DNA of 64,000 bases. It comes from Candidatus Mediterraneibacter intestinipullorum (lineage in GTDB: Bacteria; Bacillota; Clostridia; Lachnospirales; Lachnospiraceae). Below, one piece after another: positions 32,290 to 42,802 of this stretch. The DNA lies in assembly GCA_019118665.1 (NCBI GenBank), contig DWYM01000083.1:588-64587 (forward strand), in the 5' to 3' direction. Below the pieces are notes generated by a model. The model saw only the letters and a list, made by a program, of their open reading frames with translations, was not told the DNA's origin and did not search any database. Both the position numbers and the translations under genes were made by a program. Within the stretch, counting starts at the first letter, position 1, and every line of letters begins with the position of its first letter.

Positions 32290-32880
32290 ATGGTAATCAA
32301 AAGTATAAATCTGGAGACAGTGTGCGGCATCACAAGCACCCTGCCTGAGAATGACAAGCCTGAGGTGGCGTTTGCAGGTAAGTCCAATGTGGGAAAATCG
32401 TCTCTGATCAACGCGCTCATGAACCGGAAATCATACGCCAGGATTTCCGCCACCCCGGGAAAGACCCAGACCATCAACTTTTACAGCATTAATGACGCTC
32501 TGTACCTGGTGGATCTTCCCGGATACGGATACGCAAAGGTGTCTGAGAGAGAAAAAGAGCAGTGGGGAAAGATGATCGAGCGGTATCTGCATGGTTCCGC
32601 CCAGCTTCGGGCCGTGTTCCTGCTCATCGATATCCGTCACGAGCCTTCGGCGAATGATAAAATGATGTATAAGTGGGCCGTGGCTCAGGGATATGAGCCA
32701 GTGATCATCGCTACAAAATTAGATAAAATAAAGCGCAGCCAGGTGCAGAAACATGTTAAAATGTTAAAGGAAGGCCTGGAACTCGTGCCTGGAACAACGG
32801 TCATACCGTTTTCTTCAATGACAAAACAGGGGCGGGATGAGATCTGGGAACGGATCGAAAAAGAATGCAGGATTGATTGA
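32290..32880 (+). CDS. engB: Ribosome biogenesis GTPase YihA/YsxC
   Basis: GKSNVGKSS, PGKT, DLPGYG, TKLDK. Confidence 0.96.
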   Translation: MVIKSINLETVCGITSTLPENDKPEVAFAGKSNVGKSSLINALMNRKSYARISATPGKTQTINFYSINDALYLVDLPGYGYAKVSEREKEQWGKMIERYLHGSAQLRAVFLLIDIRHEPSANDKMMYKWAVAQGYEPVIIATKLDKIKRSQVQKHVKMLKEGLELVPGTTVIPFSSMTKQGRDEIWERIEKECRID

Positions 32881-32895
32881 TTCGGGAGGATTGGT

Positions 32896-34080
32896 ATGGA
32901 AGATAGAGGATCCTACTGGCAGGTGGCAGTCAGGTTGCTGTTCAGTCTCCTTGCCACAGCAGCATTTGTGTTCATCGGCATCAGACTGATCGGATTTCTC
33001 ATGCCGTTTGTCATAGGCTGGCTTATTGCGGCGATCGCCGCCCCTCTTGTCAACTGGCTGGAGAAAAGACTGCGGATCGTGAAAAGGCTGGGATCAGCCC
33101 TGATCGTCATCCTGGTGCTCGCGGCGATCATCCTGGCCCTATATTTCGGGCTCAGCCGTCTTGTGCATGAGATCGGGGAGCTGGTCAGAAATTTCCCGGA
33201 GATATATGCCCAGCTTGAAGAGGGCTTAAGACAGATCGGGAATACGCTTTCCGGCATTTTTGAACGGCTGCCGGACGGTGTTCAGAGCGGCTGGAACACA
33301 GTGGTAGAAAATCTGGACAGATATATGGGAGAACTTGTATCCGGCATCAGCGAACCAACGGTGAACGCGGCGGGAAATATCGCGAGAAGAGTGCCGTATT
33401 ATCTGATCTCCTTCATCGTGGCGGTCATGTCCGCGTATTTCTTTATCGTGCAGAGAGAGGAAGTGCTGGGATGGATGAAAAGGACCGCCCCGGAAGCCGT
33501 ACAGAAAAGGATGAGCCTGGTCATGGATTATCTGAAATATGCTGTGGGCGGATATTTTAAGGCACAGTTTAAGATCATGGGGATCGTGTTCCTGATCCTG
33601 CTTGTAGGACTTGGCTTTCTTGGAACAGGCTATTTCGTCCTGGTGGCGCTGCTCATATCGTTTTTAGATTTTCTTCCCTTCTTCGGTACGGGGACGGCTA
33701 TGATCCCATGGGCGGTCTATGAGTTTTTTATGGGAGATTACAAGACCACAGTGGCGCTGGTGGTGCTTTATGTGGTGACGCAGGTAGTCAGGCAGCTCCT
33801 TCAGCCAAAGCTTGTAGGGGACAGTGTGGGGCTGAACCCGCTGGTCACGCTTTTGCTCCTGTATGTGGGCTACCGGATGGGGGGCGTGCTGTGGATGATC
33901 CTTGCAGTGCCCATTGGGATGGTCCTTATCAACATGTGTCAGGCAGGCGCCTTTGATTATATTTTTGATGATGTGCGGATTTTGGTTGACGGAATACTCG
34001 GATTGAGAGAAAATAGTGTAAGTAGTGAACAGAAAAAGAAAGAAGAAACGAAGAGAGAAACGAAAGGAGGCAGTGAATGA
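32896..34080 (+). CDS. ytvI: Sporulation integral membrane protein YtvI (AI-2E family)
   Basis: PFVIGW, GGYFKAQ, DFLPFFGTG, QPKLVGDSVGLNPL. Confidence 0.88.
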   Translation: MEDRGSYWQVAVRLLFSLLATAAFVFIGIRLIGFLMPFVIGWLIAAIAAPLVNWLEKRLRIVKRLGSALIVILVLAAIILALYFGLSRLVHEIGELVRNFPEIYAQLEEGLRQIGNTLSGIFERLPDGVQSGWNTVVENLDRYMGELVSGISEPTVNAAGNIARRVPYYLISFIVAVMSAYFFIVQREEVLGWMKRTAPEAVQKRMSLVMDYLKYAVGGYFKAQFKIMGIVFLILLVGLGFLGTGYFVLVALLISFLDFLPFFGTGTAMIPWAVYEFFMGDYKTTVALVVLYVVTQVVRQLLQPKLVGDSVGLNPLVTLLLLYVGYRMGGVLWMILAVPIGMVLINMCQAGAFDYIFDDVRILVDGILGLRENSVSSEQKKKEETKRETKGGSE

Positions 34081-36605
34081 CGGAGAAATTCATTGTCAAA
34101 CGTTCCGGGGACAGAGAAATCTACCAGCCGGATAAGATCAAAGGGGCAATTCGAAAGAGCTTTGCCTCATGCGGTACGGAATCGGGGGAGGAACAGCTTC
34201 AGGCGCTCTGTCTCTCGGTTGAGGAGAAACTGGAAAAGAGAAACGCGGATTCTGTGGAGCTGATCCAGGACGTGGTGGAGGAAACCCTGATGGAGCAGGG
34301 CTTTTTCCAGGAGGCGAAATCCTACATCCTGTATCGGCAGAAAAGGACGGAGCTGCGCAGGGTCCGTCAGGAAATCGAAAATGAAGTGAGGGTTGAAGGG
34401 CTGTCTGAGATCTTAAAGGATATCCAGCAGGCTTTTCCGCCGGATATCTACTCCTTTCCCGTGCTTCTGGGGAAATTCATGGGCTTTCAGAAGCCGGATA
34501 TGAACGAGGAGGAGAAGCTGGAGGCCCTGGTCAAGGCGGCCATGGAACTGACCAGCCAGGAGGCGCCCCGGTGGGAAAATATCGCCGGCTGGCTGCTGGC
34601 GTTTCAGTTTGAACGGAGGCTGCGGGCTGAGGCGGAAAGCAGAGGGCTGACCACGCTCTTTGACAAGATCCGCTATCTCACGGACCAGGGACTGTACGGA
34701 AGCTATATTTTAGAGGCATACTCTCGAAGTGAGATCCATGAGGCGGAGACCTTCCTTGTTCCGGAGAGAGACCGGCTTTTCAATTACTCCGGGCTTGACC
34801 TTCTGATCAAGAGATATGTCATATCAACACACAGTCATGTGCCGTTAGAGAGCCCGCAGGAGATGTTCCTGGGGATCGCCCTCCATCTCGCCATGAATGA
34901 GGAGAAAAACGTAAGGCTGACATGGGTGAAGGCCTTTTATGATATGCTCTCAAAGCTGGAAGTGACCATGGCAACTCCTACGCTGGCAAATGCAAGGAAG
35001 CCTTTCCATCAGCTCAGTTCCTGCTTTATCGACACAGTTCCGGACAGCCTCAAGGGCATCTTCCGCTCCGTGGACAACTTTGCCCAGGTCAGCAAGTACG
35101 GTGGCGGAATGGGCATGTATTTCGGAAAAGTAAGGGCAGCAGGCAGCGCCATCCGGGGCTTTGAAGGAGCTGCCGGGGGTGTGATCCGCTGGATCCGCAT
35201 CGTCAATGATACAGCGGTGGCGGTAGACCAGCTTGGCGTGAGGGCAGGAGCAGTCGCCGTCTACCTGGACGCATGGCACAGGGATCTGCCGGAATTTCTC
35301 CAGATCCGGACAAACAACGGAGATGAGAGGATGAAAGCCCACGATGTATTCCCGGCAGTCTGCTATCCGGATCTGTTCTGGAAGATGGTAAAAGAAGACC
35401 TGGATCAGGACTGGTATCTGATGTGCCCCCACGATATCGAGATGGCGAAGGGATACAGTCTGGAGGACTTTTATGGAGAAGAATGGGAAAAGCGATACTG
35501 GGACTGTGTACATGATTCACGCATCACCAAGCGCACCATCGGGCTCAAGGACATGGTGCGGCTCATCATCAAATCCGTAGTTGAGACAGGAGCGCCATTC
35601 ACCTTCAACAGGGATATCGTAAACCGGGCGAATCCCAATCCTCACAGGGGCATGATCTACTGCTCCAACCTTTGTACGGAGATCGCCCAGAACATGGCGC
35701 CGATCTCCACGGTCAGCACGGAAGTGAAGACCAGCGACGGAGATACTGTTGTGGTAAATACAACGAAAGCAGGAGAGTTTGTTGTATGTAATCTTGCTTC
35801 CCTCTCCCTCGGAAGGCTTCCGGTGCAGGATAAGGAATATATGCGCGGAGTGGTAAGGACAGTGGTCCGCGCCCTGGACAATGTGATCGACCTGAATTTT
35901 TATCCCCTTCCCTACGCGAAGATCACCAATCACAGCTACCGTTCCATTGGTCTTGGAGTCAGCGGTTATCACCATATGCTGGCAAAGAACAGTATAAAGT
36001 GGCAGTCAGAAGAGCATCTGGAATTTGTGGACCGTCTGTTCGAGGAGATAAACTATGCGGCAGTGGAGGCAAGCTCCGACTTTGCCGCGGAAAAGGGAAG
36101 CTACCGCTATTTTGAAGGCTCGGACTGGGATACCGGAGCGTACTTTGACAAGCGGGGCTATACGTCTGAGGACTGGTACGCGCTGCGCAAAAAGGTTCAT
36201 GAGCAGGGCATGAGAAACGCCTATCTCCTTGCCATTGCGCCTACCAGCTCCACTTCCATCATCGCGGGAACAACGGCAGGCATTGATCCGGTCATGAACA
36301 AGTATTTCTTGGAGGAGAAAAAAGGCTCCATGCTGCCCAGGGTGGCTCCGGATTTAAGCCTTGAGACCTACTGGTACTACATCAATGCCCACCACATCGA
36401 CCAGACCTGGTCCGTGCGCGCCTGCGGTGTGCGCCAGAGGCATGTGGATCAGGCGCAGTCCATGAATTTTTATATCACGAATGAATACACAATGCGTCAG
36501 GTACTCAATCTCTATCTCCAGGCATGGGAGTGCGGCGTAAAGACGGTCTATTATGTGCGCTCAAAATCTCTTGAGGTAGAAGAATGTGAATCGTGTTCAT
36601 CCTGA
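34077..36605 (+). CDS. nrdA: Class I ribonucleotide reductase alpha subunit with N-terminal ATP cone
   Basis: IVKRSG cone, ATPTL, QLSSCF, SNLCTEI, VCNLAS, APTSSTS, KTVYY, C-terminal CESC. Confidence 0.95.
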   Translation: MTEKFIVKRSGDREIYQPDKIKGAIRKSFASCGTESGEEQLQALCLSVEEKLEKRNADSVELIQDVVEETLMEQGFFQEAKSYILYRQKRTELRRVRQEIENEVRVEGLSEILKDIQQAFPPDIYSFPVLLGKFMGFQKPDMNEEEKLEALVKAAMELTSQEAPRWENIAGWLLAFQFERRLRAEAESRGLTTLFDKIRYLTDQGLYGSYILEAYSRSEIHEAETFLVPERDRLFNYSGLDLLIKRYVISTHSHVPLESPQEMFLGIALHLAMNEEKNVRLTWVKAFYDMLSKLEVTMATPTLANARKPFHQLSSCFIDTVPDSLKGIFRSVDNFAQVSKYGGGMGMYFGKVRAAGSAIRGFEGAAGGVIRWIRIVNDTAVAVDQLGVRAGAVAVYLDAWHRDLPEFLQIRTNNGDERMKAHDVFPAVCYPDLFWKMVKEDLDQDWYLMCPHDIEMAKGYSLEDFYGEEWEKRYWDCVHDSRITKRTIGLKDMVRLIIKSVVETGAPFTFNRDIVNRANPNPHRGMIYCSNLCTEIAQNMAPISTVSTEVKTSDGDTVVVNTTKAGEFVVCNLASLSLGRLPVQDKEYMRGVVRTVVRALDNVIDLNFYPLPYAKITNHSYRSIGLGVSGYHHMLAKNSIKWQSEEHLEFVDRLFEEINYAAVEASSDFAAEKGSYRYFEGSDWDTGAYFDKRGYTSEDWYALRKKVHEQGMRNAYLLAIAPTSSTSIIAGTTAGIDPVMNKYFLEEKKGSMLPRVAPDLSLETYWYYINAHHIDQTWSVRACGVRQRHVDQAQSMNFYITNEYTMRQVLNLYLQAWECGVKTVYYVRSKSLEVEECESCSS

Positions 36606-36633
36606 CGGACCGGACAAATGAAAGGAGAAACAG

Positions 36634-37695
36634 ATGCAGGAATTTGATGTAACACAGCCCCTTCCCCACAAACCGCTGTTTAATCCGGGCGGAGACACGG
36701 ACGTGCTGAAAAGACGCATGATCGGCGGCAATACAACCAACCTCAATGATTACAACAACCTCAAATATCCCTGGGTGTCAGACTGGTACCGCCAGGCAAT
36801 GAACAACTTCTGGATTCCGGAGGAGATCAACCTGTCTCAGGACATCAAGGATTACCCGAAACTGGAGAAGGCAGAGAGAACGGCGTACGACAAGATCCTG
36901 TCCTTCCTCGTGTTTCTTGATTCCATACAGACGGCAAACCTGCCCTGTGTGGGTGAGTACATTACAGCAAACGAGGTAAATCTCTGCCTCAATATACAGA
37001 CATTTCAGGAGTGCGTACACTCTCAGTCCTATTCCTATATGCTGGACACGATCTGCTCGCCGGAAGAGCGGATGGACATCCTGTACCAGTGGAAAACGGA
37101 CGAACATCTCCTGAAGCGGAACACGTTCATCGGAGACTGCTACAATGAGTTCCAGACAAAAAAGGATGCAAGGACGCTTCTGAAAGTGATGATGGCGAAC
37201 TATGTGCTGGAGGGCATCTATTTTTACTCCGGGTTCATGTTCTTTTACAATCTGTCCAGAAACGGAAAGATGCCCGGATCCGCCCAGGAGATCCGGTACA
37301 TCAACCGGGATGAGAACACGCATCTGTGGCTGTTCCGCAATATCATCATCGAACTTCGCAAGGAACACCCGGAATTGTTTGACGACGCCATGGTGACAGA
37401 GATGCGGGAGCTTCTCATGGAAGGCGCGCGCCAGGAGATCGAATGGGGACACTATGTGATCGGAGACGACGTTGCTGGACTGAACCGCCGGATGGTGACC
37501 GAATATATCCAATATCTGGGGAATTTAAGGTGGACAAGCTTTGGATATGACCCGATCTACCCCGGATATGAGAGGGAGCCGGAGTCCATGAGGTGGGTAT
37601 CTCAGTATTCCAATGCAAACATGGTCAAGACGGATTTCTTTGAAGCCCGGTCCACGGCTTATGCAAAATCCACGGCTCTGGTGGACGATCTGTAA
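36634..37695 (+). CDS. nrdB: Class I ribonucleotide reductase beta subunit
   Basis: FWIPEE, LDSIQ, QECVHSQSY (radical Tyr), LEGIYFYSGF, RDENTH, TDFFE. Confidence 0.95.
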   Translation: MQEFDVTQPLPHKPLFNPGGDTDVLKRRMIGGNTTNLNDYNNLKYPWVSDWYRQAMNNFWIPEEINLSQDIKDYPKLEKAERTAYDKILSFLVFLDSIQTANLPCVGEYITANEVNLCLNIQTFQECVHSQSYSYMLDTICSPEERMDILYQWKTDEHLLKRNTFIGDCYNEFQTKKDARTLLKVMMANYVLEGIYFYSGFMFFYNLSRNGKMPGSAQEIRYINRDENTHLWLFRNIIIELRKEHPELFDDAMVTEMRELLMEGARQEIEWGHYVIGDDVAGLNRRMVTEYIQYLGNLRWTSFGYDPIYPGYEREPESMRWVSQYSNANMVKTDFFEARSTAYAKSTALVDDL

Positions 37696-37832
37696 GGTTG
37701 TCTAACTTGTGCATTGAAAAAGCGGACAAGGTATGCTATTATAAACGAGGGAGGAGACTCCCGGTAATGTAAAAGAGAAAAATAAAAATGAATTTAGATT
37801 ATTTTCAAAGAATATCAGGAGGTAAATAAGAA

Positions 37833-37994
37833 ATGAAAAAATATGTATGTGATGTATGTGGATATATTTATGATGAAGTGACCGGCGATCCGGAAAATGG
37901 GATCGAGGCCGGCACAAAGTGGGAAGATGTGCCGGAGGATTTCCTTTGTCCTTTGTGCGGAGTTGGAAAAGACGAATTTTCGGAAATCGAATAA
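37833..37994 (+). CDS. Rubredoxin (53 aa)
   Basis: Below the ORF-track cutoff; [14 protein letters not shown]...[13 protein letters not shown]; AGGAGG RBS. Confidence 0.95.
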   Translation: MKKYVCDVCGYIYDEVTGDPENGIEAGTKWEDVPEDFLCPLCGVGKDEFSEIE

Positions 37995-38008
37995 AGATCC
38001 ATTAAAAA

Positions 38009-38047
38009 TTGCTGCCGTCCCATATAATAATGGGGCGGCAGTGTTTT
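38009..38047 (+). terminator. Hairpin/terminator after rubredoxin
   Basis: TTGCTGCCGTCCAT/ATGGGGCGGCAGTG stem followed by TTTT. Confidence 0.55.
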
Positions 38048-38081
38048 GTGCCGGAAAAGGATGAGGAAAGGACATGAAAGA

Positions 38082-39455
38082 ATGAGCAGATATGACGTGA
38101 TAATAATCGGAGCGGGACCGGGCGGCATTTTTGCGGCCTATGAGCTGATGCAGAAAGCGCCGGGATTAAAAGTGGCGGTACTTGAATCCGGGAATCCCCT
38201 GGAAAAGAGGAAATGTCCTATTGATGGGAAGAAGGTAAAGAGCTGCATCAGTTGCAACACATGCGACATCATGAGCGGTTTTGGAGGCGCGGGCGCGTTT
38301 TCTGACGGAAAATATAATATTACCAATGACTTTGGCGGCACGCTGTATGAATATATCAGCAAGGATACTGCGATCAGCCTTATGCGTTATGTAGATGAGA
38401 TCAATGTAATGTACGGCGGGAAAGGCACCAGGATGTACTCTACGGCGGGGACCAGATTTAAGAAACTGTGCATGCAGAATAAACTGAAGCTCCTGGATGC
38501 GTCTGTGCGCCATCTTGGTACGGATATCAACTATGTGGTCCTGGAGAATCTCTTTGGTGAGCTGAAAGATAAGGTGGATTTCCGGTTCAACTGCCATGTG
38601 GATGATGTGGAGCTGATGGACGGAGGGTACCGGATCATCACAAAAGATGGCTCATATGAGTGCGGACAGTGCATCATTTCCGTGGGACGCAGCGGGAGCA
38701 AGTGGATGGAGCAGCTTTGTGAAAGACTGGACATCCCGACCAAGTCCAACCGGGTGGATATCGGCGTGCGGGTGGAACTTCCGGCGGTCATCTTCTCCCA
38801 CCTGACGGATGAGCTCTATGAGAGCAAGATCGTATACCGCACGGAGAAGTTTGAGGACAAGGTGCGTACATTCTGCATGAATCCTAATGGGATTGTCGTG
38901 AATGAGAATACGAACGGCATTGTCACCGTAAACGGACACAGCTATGAAGATCCGGAGAAGCAGACCGAGAATACGAACTTTGCCCTGCTGGTGGAAAAGC
39001 ATTTCTCCGAGCCGTTCAAGGACAGCAACGGCTATGGAGAGAGCATTGCGCGTCTGTCCAATATGCTGGGCGGCGGAGTGCTGGTACAGCGCTTTGGAGA
39101 TCTGATCCGTGGCAGGAGAAGCACATGGGAGAGGATTGAGGAAGGGTTTGTGCGCCCGACCCTGGCGGCGGAGCCGGGAGATCTAAGTCTCGTGCTCCCC
39201 AAGAGGATCTTGGACGGTATCATTGAGATGGTCTACGCTCTCGATAAGATCGCTCCGGGTACCGCGAACGATGACACCCTGCTCTATGGGGTGGAGGTGA
39301 AATTTTATAACATGGAAGTAAAGCTTGACGGACGTCTTGAGACGAGGCATAAGGGGCTCTATGTGATCGGAGACGGAAGCGGCGTGACCCACTCCCTGTC
39401 CCACGCGTCCGCCAGCGGAGTATATGTGGCAAGGGAGATCGCGGAGGATATATGA
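38082..39455 (+). CDS. FAD/NAD(P)-dependent oxidoreductase
   Basis: IIGAGPGG, GFGGAGAFSDGK, RTFCMNP, GVEVKFY, GDGSG. Confidence 0.88.
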   Translation: MSRYDVIIIGAGPGGIFAAYELMQKAPGLKVAVLESGNPLEKRKCPIDGKKVKSCISCNTCDIMSGFGGAGAFSDGKYNITNDFGGTLYEYISKDTAISLMRYVDEINVMYGGKGTRMYSTAGTRFKKLCMQNKLKLLDASVRHLGTDINYVVLENLFGELKDKVDFRFNCHVDDVELMDGGYRIITKDGSYECGQCIISVGRSGSKWMEQLCERLDIPTKSNRVDIGVRVELPAVIFSHLTDELYESKIVYRTEKFEDKVRTFCMNPNGIVVNENTNGIVTVNGHSYEDPEKQTENTNFALLVEKHFSEPFKDSNGYGESIARLSNMLGGGVLVQRFGDLIRGRRSTWERIEEGFVRPTLAAEPGDLSLVLPKRILDGIIEMVYALDKIAPGTANDDTLLYGVEVKFYNMEVKLDGRLETRHKGLYVIGDGSGVTHSLSHASASGVYVAREIAEDI

Positions 39456-40318
39456 TAAGATTACTGGCGGTTGATATGGACGGCACCTGTCTGGATGGCA
39501 GGAGCCGGATGACAGACAGGACATTGAGCGCGCTGCGCCGCGCCGCGTCCGCGGGGATCACGGTGGTACCCGCCACCGGGCGCAATCTTGGATGTATCCC
39601 TCACCGACTGGCAGCGGGGGTCATCGACGGACCGGCGTTGTCTTACAGGGGCAGGGATGATGACGCGAAAAATAACCAGGGACTGTTCAGATATGTGATT
39701 TCATCTAATGGGGCAGTGGTAACGGATCTTCGTGAGAAGAAGCCGGTATTCCGCGCGATGATACCAAGAGACGAGGCGATCTCGCTGTTGGGAGCGTGCA
39801 GGGGGATCCGGCTTGGAAACGCCGCCCACATCTGCCACCGTTATCTGTTGGAGGGCAGACCCCTTGCGATGGCGGGCCGGTTCATTTACGGAAAGGATGC
39901 CGCCGGGATACATTGCGTCAGGAATATACAGGAAGCGGTGGAGAAGAGCGGATATGAGGTGGAGGAGCTTCAGTTCTATTTTTTCTCGGAGAAGGCAAAA
40001 GAGGAATTCAGGTCCGTCATGTCATGCTATCCGGAACTAAGCGCGGCATATACAGGAATCTATGTGGAAGTCTATTCGAAACATGCGTCCAAGGGAAAAG
40101 CTCTTGCTGCTCTTGGCGGATATCTGGGGATTGCCCGGGAGGAGACGGCGTGCATCGGGGACGGTGAGAATGATCTGTCTATGTTTGATGCGGCAGGCGT
40201 GAGGATCGCCATGGGAAATGCAGTGCCTGCTCTGAAGGAAAGGGCGGACCATGTGACCGCTTCAAACGCCCGCGGCGGGGCGGCGGAGGCGATAGAGAAG
40301 ATATTGGATCAGCAATAA
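39452..40318 (+). CDS. Cof-type HAD IIB hydrolase
   Basis: DMDGT, ATGR, SKG, GDGENDLSM, AMGNA. Confidence 0.92.
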   Translation: MIRLLAVDMDGTCLDGRSRMTDRTLSALRRAASAGITVVPATGRNLGCIPHRLAAGVIDGPALSYRGRDDDAKNNQGLFRYVISSNGAVVTDLREKKPVFRAMIPRDEAISLLGACRGIRLGNAAHICHRYLLEGRPLAMAGRFIYGKDAAGIHCVRNIQEAVEKSGYEVEELQFYFFSEKAKEEFRSVMSCYPELSAAYTGIYVEVYSKHASKGKALAALGGYLGIAREETACIGDGENDLSMFDAAGVRIAMGNAVPALKERADHVTASNARGGAAEAIEKILDQQ

Positions 40319-40321
40319 AAT

Positions 40322-40352
40322 AAGGATCGGCAGCGGTTTCTGCTGTCGATCC
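40322..40352. terminator. Hairpin between convergent genes
   Basis: AGGATCGGCAGC/GCTGTCGATCCT stem. Confidence 0.55.
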
Positions 40353-40412
40353 TCGTCTTATTACAGGGGAAATTTGCAGTTTTACAGGTATTTTATATAT
40401 CAGCCTGGATTT

Positions 40413-40661
40413 TCAGTTCGCCTGAACGATAGATCTTACATGGCTGATCTCTTCCTGAGTCGCCTTTGCCGCCGGCACATAATAGCTTCTCTCCCTTGCG
40501 GCGTCATACATTTTTTCCTGCGACATCTCGCACTGGTTGCGCATCTGTTTCAGACACTGTTTGAGTTCCTTGTTTTCTGTCTGCGCGATCATATCCCCGA
40601 ACATTTTCAGCTCGCCGTTAATGCCGACGAGTGCATCCGATACCATTGTTTTTTCATTCAT
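40413..40661 (-). CDS. Spore coat protein (Coat F-like)
   Basis: MNEKTMVSDAL...IAQTENKELKQCL...YYVPA. Confidence 0.7.
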   Translation of the reverse strand: MNEKTMVSDALVGINGELKMFGDMIAQTENKELKQCLKQMRNQCEMSQEKMYDAARERSYYVPAAKATQEEISHVRSIVQAN

Positions 40662-40688
40662 TGTCTTCACCTCTTTCTCAGAATCCTT

Positions 40689-40871
40689 TTACAGGAACTT
40701 CATCAGTTCCTGTTTGTTCTTCATGGCAGAATCTGCCGCGTCCTGGAACAGTTTTTTGATCTCAGGATCCTCCGTTTTTGAAGCGTAGTCCGTCATCTTG
40801 CAGTGCGTGGTGGAATACCCGCCAATGAGATGACGAAGGTTCTGAAGATCAAGAATTGATATTTCTGACAT
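40689..40871 (-). CDS. Small spore-associated hypothetical protein
   Basis: LDLQNLRHLIGG...DPEIKKLFQ...KQELMKFL; paired with the coat gene. Confidence 0.7.
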   Translation of the reverse strand: MSEISILDLQNLRHLIGGYSTTHCKMTDYASKTEDPEIKKLFQDAADSAMKNKQELMKFL

Positions 40872-40897
40872 AACTGCAGCCTCCTTCAAATAAATTT

Positions 40898-41629
40898 TCA
40901 GAGGTTAGTATGTCCGGCATGTCCGCTGTTTATGAGTGAATGTGAGATAAATTCATGAAAAAGATCCCGCATTTCCCGGGAGGTACGGTACATGCATTCC
41001 GGGTGCCACTGTACGCCGATGGCAAAAGGGTGGGAATCCAGCTCAATGGCTTCGATGGCGCCGTCCTGCGCCCGGGCGCTTACGGACACTCCTTTTCCGG
41101 GCAGGTTCACAGCCTGGTGGTGAAAGCTGTTTACATAGAGGCAGGAACCGGCGTACTGCTTCAGCCGGCTGCCCCGCTCGATTCGGATACGGTGACTTAC
41201 CTCGCTCCGGCTGGCGGACTGCTGCATGTGGTTTAAGACCTTGCCGGGGATCAGGGACATGTCCTGCCAGATAGTCCCCCCGCATGCCACGCTTAAGATC
41301 TGCATGCCCCGGCAGATGGCAAGGACAGGCTTTTGGGAAGCGAGGACGCGCTTCATGAGCCGGATCTGGAAGAGATCCACGGTAATATCTGTTTTGCCGT
41401 TTCCGTTCCGGGGCTCTTCTCCGAACAGGAGAGGCGTGATATCATCTCCTCCGCAGAAGAGGAAGCCGTCGCAGAATTTTACATATTCATCGATCACATG
41501 GTCGCTGCGCACGAGAGGGAGGATGAAAGGCAGCCCTCTGGAATACCGGACGGACTGGATATAAGGATTGGTGACGAACTGGCGGTTTTCTGTGAAACCG
41601 CAGACGATGATACCGATTTTAGGTTCCAT
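40898..41629 (-). CDS. Peptidase C26 / gamma-glutamyl-GABA hydrolase family
   Basis: GGDDI, AICRGMQ, VNSFHHQA, GVQWHPE; AAGGAG RBS before ATG 41629. Confidence 0.9.
   Translation of the reverse strand: MEPKIGIIVCGFTENRQFVTNPYIQSVRYSRGLPFILPLVRSDHVIDEYVKFCDGFLFCGGDDITPLLFGEEPRNGNGKTDITVDLFQIRLMKRVLASQKPVLAICRGMQILSVACGGTIWQDMSLIPGKVLNHMQQSASRSEVSHRIRIERGSRLKQYAGSCLYVNSFHHQAVNLPGKGVSVSARAQDGAIEAIELDSHPFAIGVQWHPECMYRTSREMRDLFHEFISHSLINSGHAGHTNL
40906..40935 (-). promoter_or_regulatory. Candidate sigmaG-type promoter
   Basis: Minus strand TCATAA-17 nt-CATACTA. Confidence 0.5.
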
Positions 41630-41800
41630 ATGCACTCCTTTTTTGGCGAGATGATCTGCCGGGCGGCAGGTTCGGCGCGAATGGATAATTTTACCTGTAA
41701 GGAATATCCACAGCGCGCTGATGATATGATAGACTATGTAAAAAATGAAAAAAATATACATAGATAAAAAGAGGATTTCAAAACCGGAAGGAGCGCTTTT

Positions 41801-42802
41801 ATGAAATGGATCGATATGCACTGTGATACGCTGAGTATGCTTTTGGAAGAAAAAAATGCCGGGCTTGACAGGAACAGTCTGTGCATTGATATCGCGAGGC
41901 TGAAGGCTGCGGGCTCGGCGGCGCAGTTCTTCGCATGCTATGTAAATGCAGCAGATTTTTTTGGGGAATCCGGGGTCAGAAAGATCGGTATCCCATGGGA
42001 CCGGGCATATGAAAAGGTCCTTGACATGATCGCCTATGCCCGCCTGGCAGAAAACGCCGGATTCAGTATTGCCCATTCGGCAGAAGATATCAGACGCATG
42101 GAGCAAAAGGGCAGCATTTCGGGCATCCTGACTGTGGAAGAGGGCGGCGTGCTGAATGGAAGACCGGAGCGCCTTGATGAGCTGTATAACAGTGGCATCC
42201 GTCTGATCACCCTTACATGGAATCATGGGAACTGTATCGGCAGCCCCAACAGCAGGGAGAGGAACGAGATGGAAACAGGGCTTACTCCGTTTGGAATAGA
42301 AACCGTGGAGCGGATGAATGAGCTGGGGATGATAGTGGACGTCTCCCATCTGTCAGATGGGGGATTCTGGGATTGTGTCCGGTACAGCAAAAGACCGATA
42401 GCGGCCTCCCATTCAAACGCCCGGGTCCTCTGCCCTCATCCGCGCAATCTGACGGACGAGATGCTCCGTGCCCTTGGACAAAACGGCGGTATTGTGGGCG
42501 TAAATTTCTATGGGGCTTTCCTGCGGCTTCCCGGAGCAGGAGGAAAGGCGGCAGGCAGAGCGGATATCACAGATATCGTCCGCCATATCCGGCATATGAT
42601 GAATGTGGCGGGGGAGGACGCAGTGGCGCTTGGGACAGATTTTGACGGCTTTGACAGAGATAGCCTTCCCAAAGGCATCGAGGGAGTCCAGGATATGGCC
42701 GTCCTGTGGGAGGCTATGAGGCGTGCCGGGTTTACGGAACGACAGATCGAGAAGATTGCGTATGAGAACGTGGTGCGTGTCCTGGGAGAATGTATCGGCT
42801 GA
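41801..42802 (+). CDS. Dipeptidase (M19 family)
   Basis: DMHCDT, TVEEGG, DVSHLS, ASHSN, RNLTD, GTDFDG. Confidence 0.92.
   Translation: MKWIDMHCDTLSMLLEEKNAGLDRNSLCIDIARLKAAGSAAQFFACYVNAADFFGESGVRKIGIPWDRAYEKVLDMIAYARLAENAGFSIAHSAEDIRRMEQKGSISGILTVEEGGVLNGRPERLDELYNSGIRLITLTWNHGNCIGSPNSRERNEMETGLTPFGIETVERMNELGMIVDVSHLSDGGFWDCVRYSKRPIAASHSNARVLCPHPRNLTDEMLRALGQNGGIVGVNFYGAFLRLPGAGGKAAGRADITDIVRHIRHMMNVAGEDAVALGTDFDGFDRDSLPKGIEGVQDMAVLWEAMRRAGFTERQIEKIAYENVVRVLGECIG

Noticed and set aside
41630-42349. Long N-terminal extension of ORF 40898-42349
   Set aside because: Antisense to the dipeptidase; the C26 domain starts at 41629 with an RBS.
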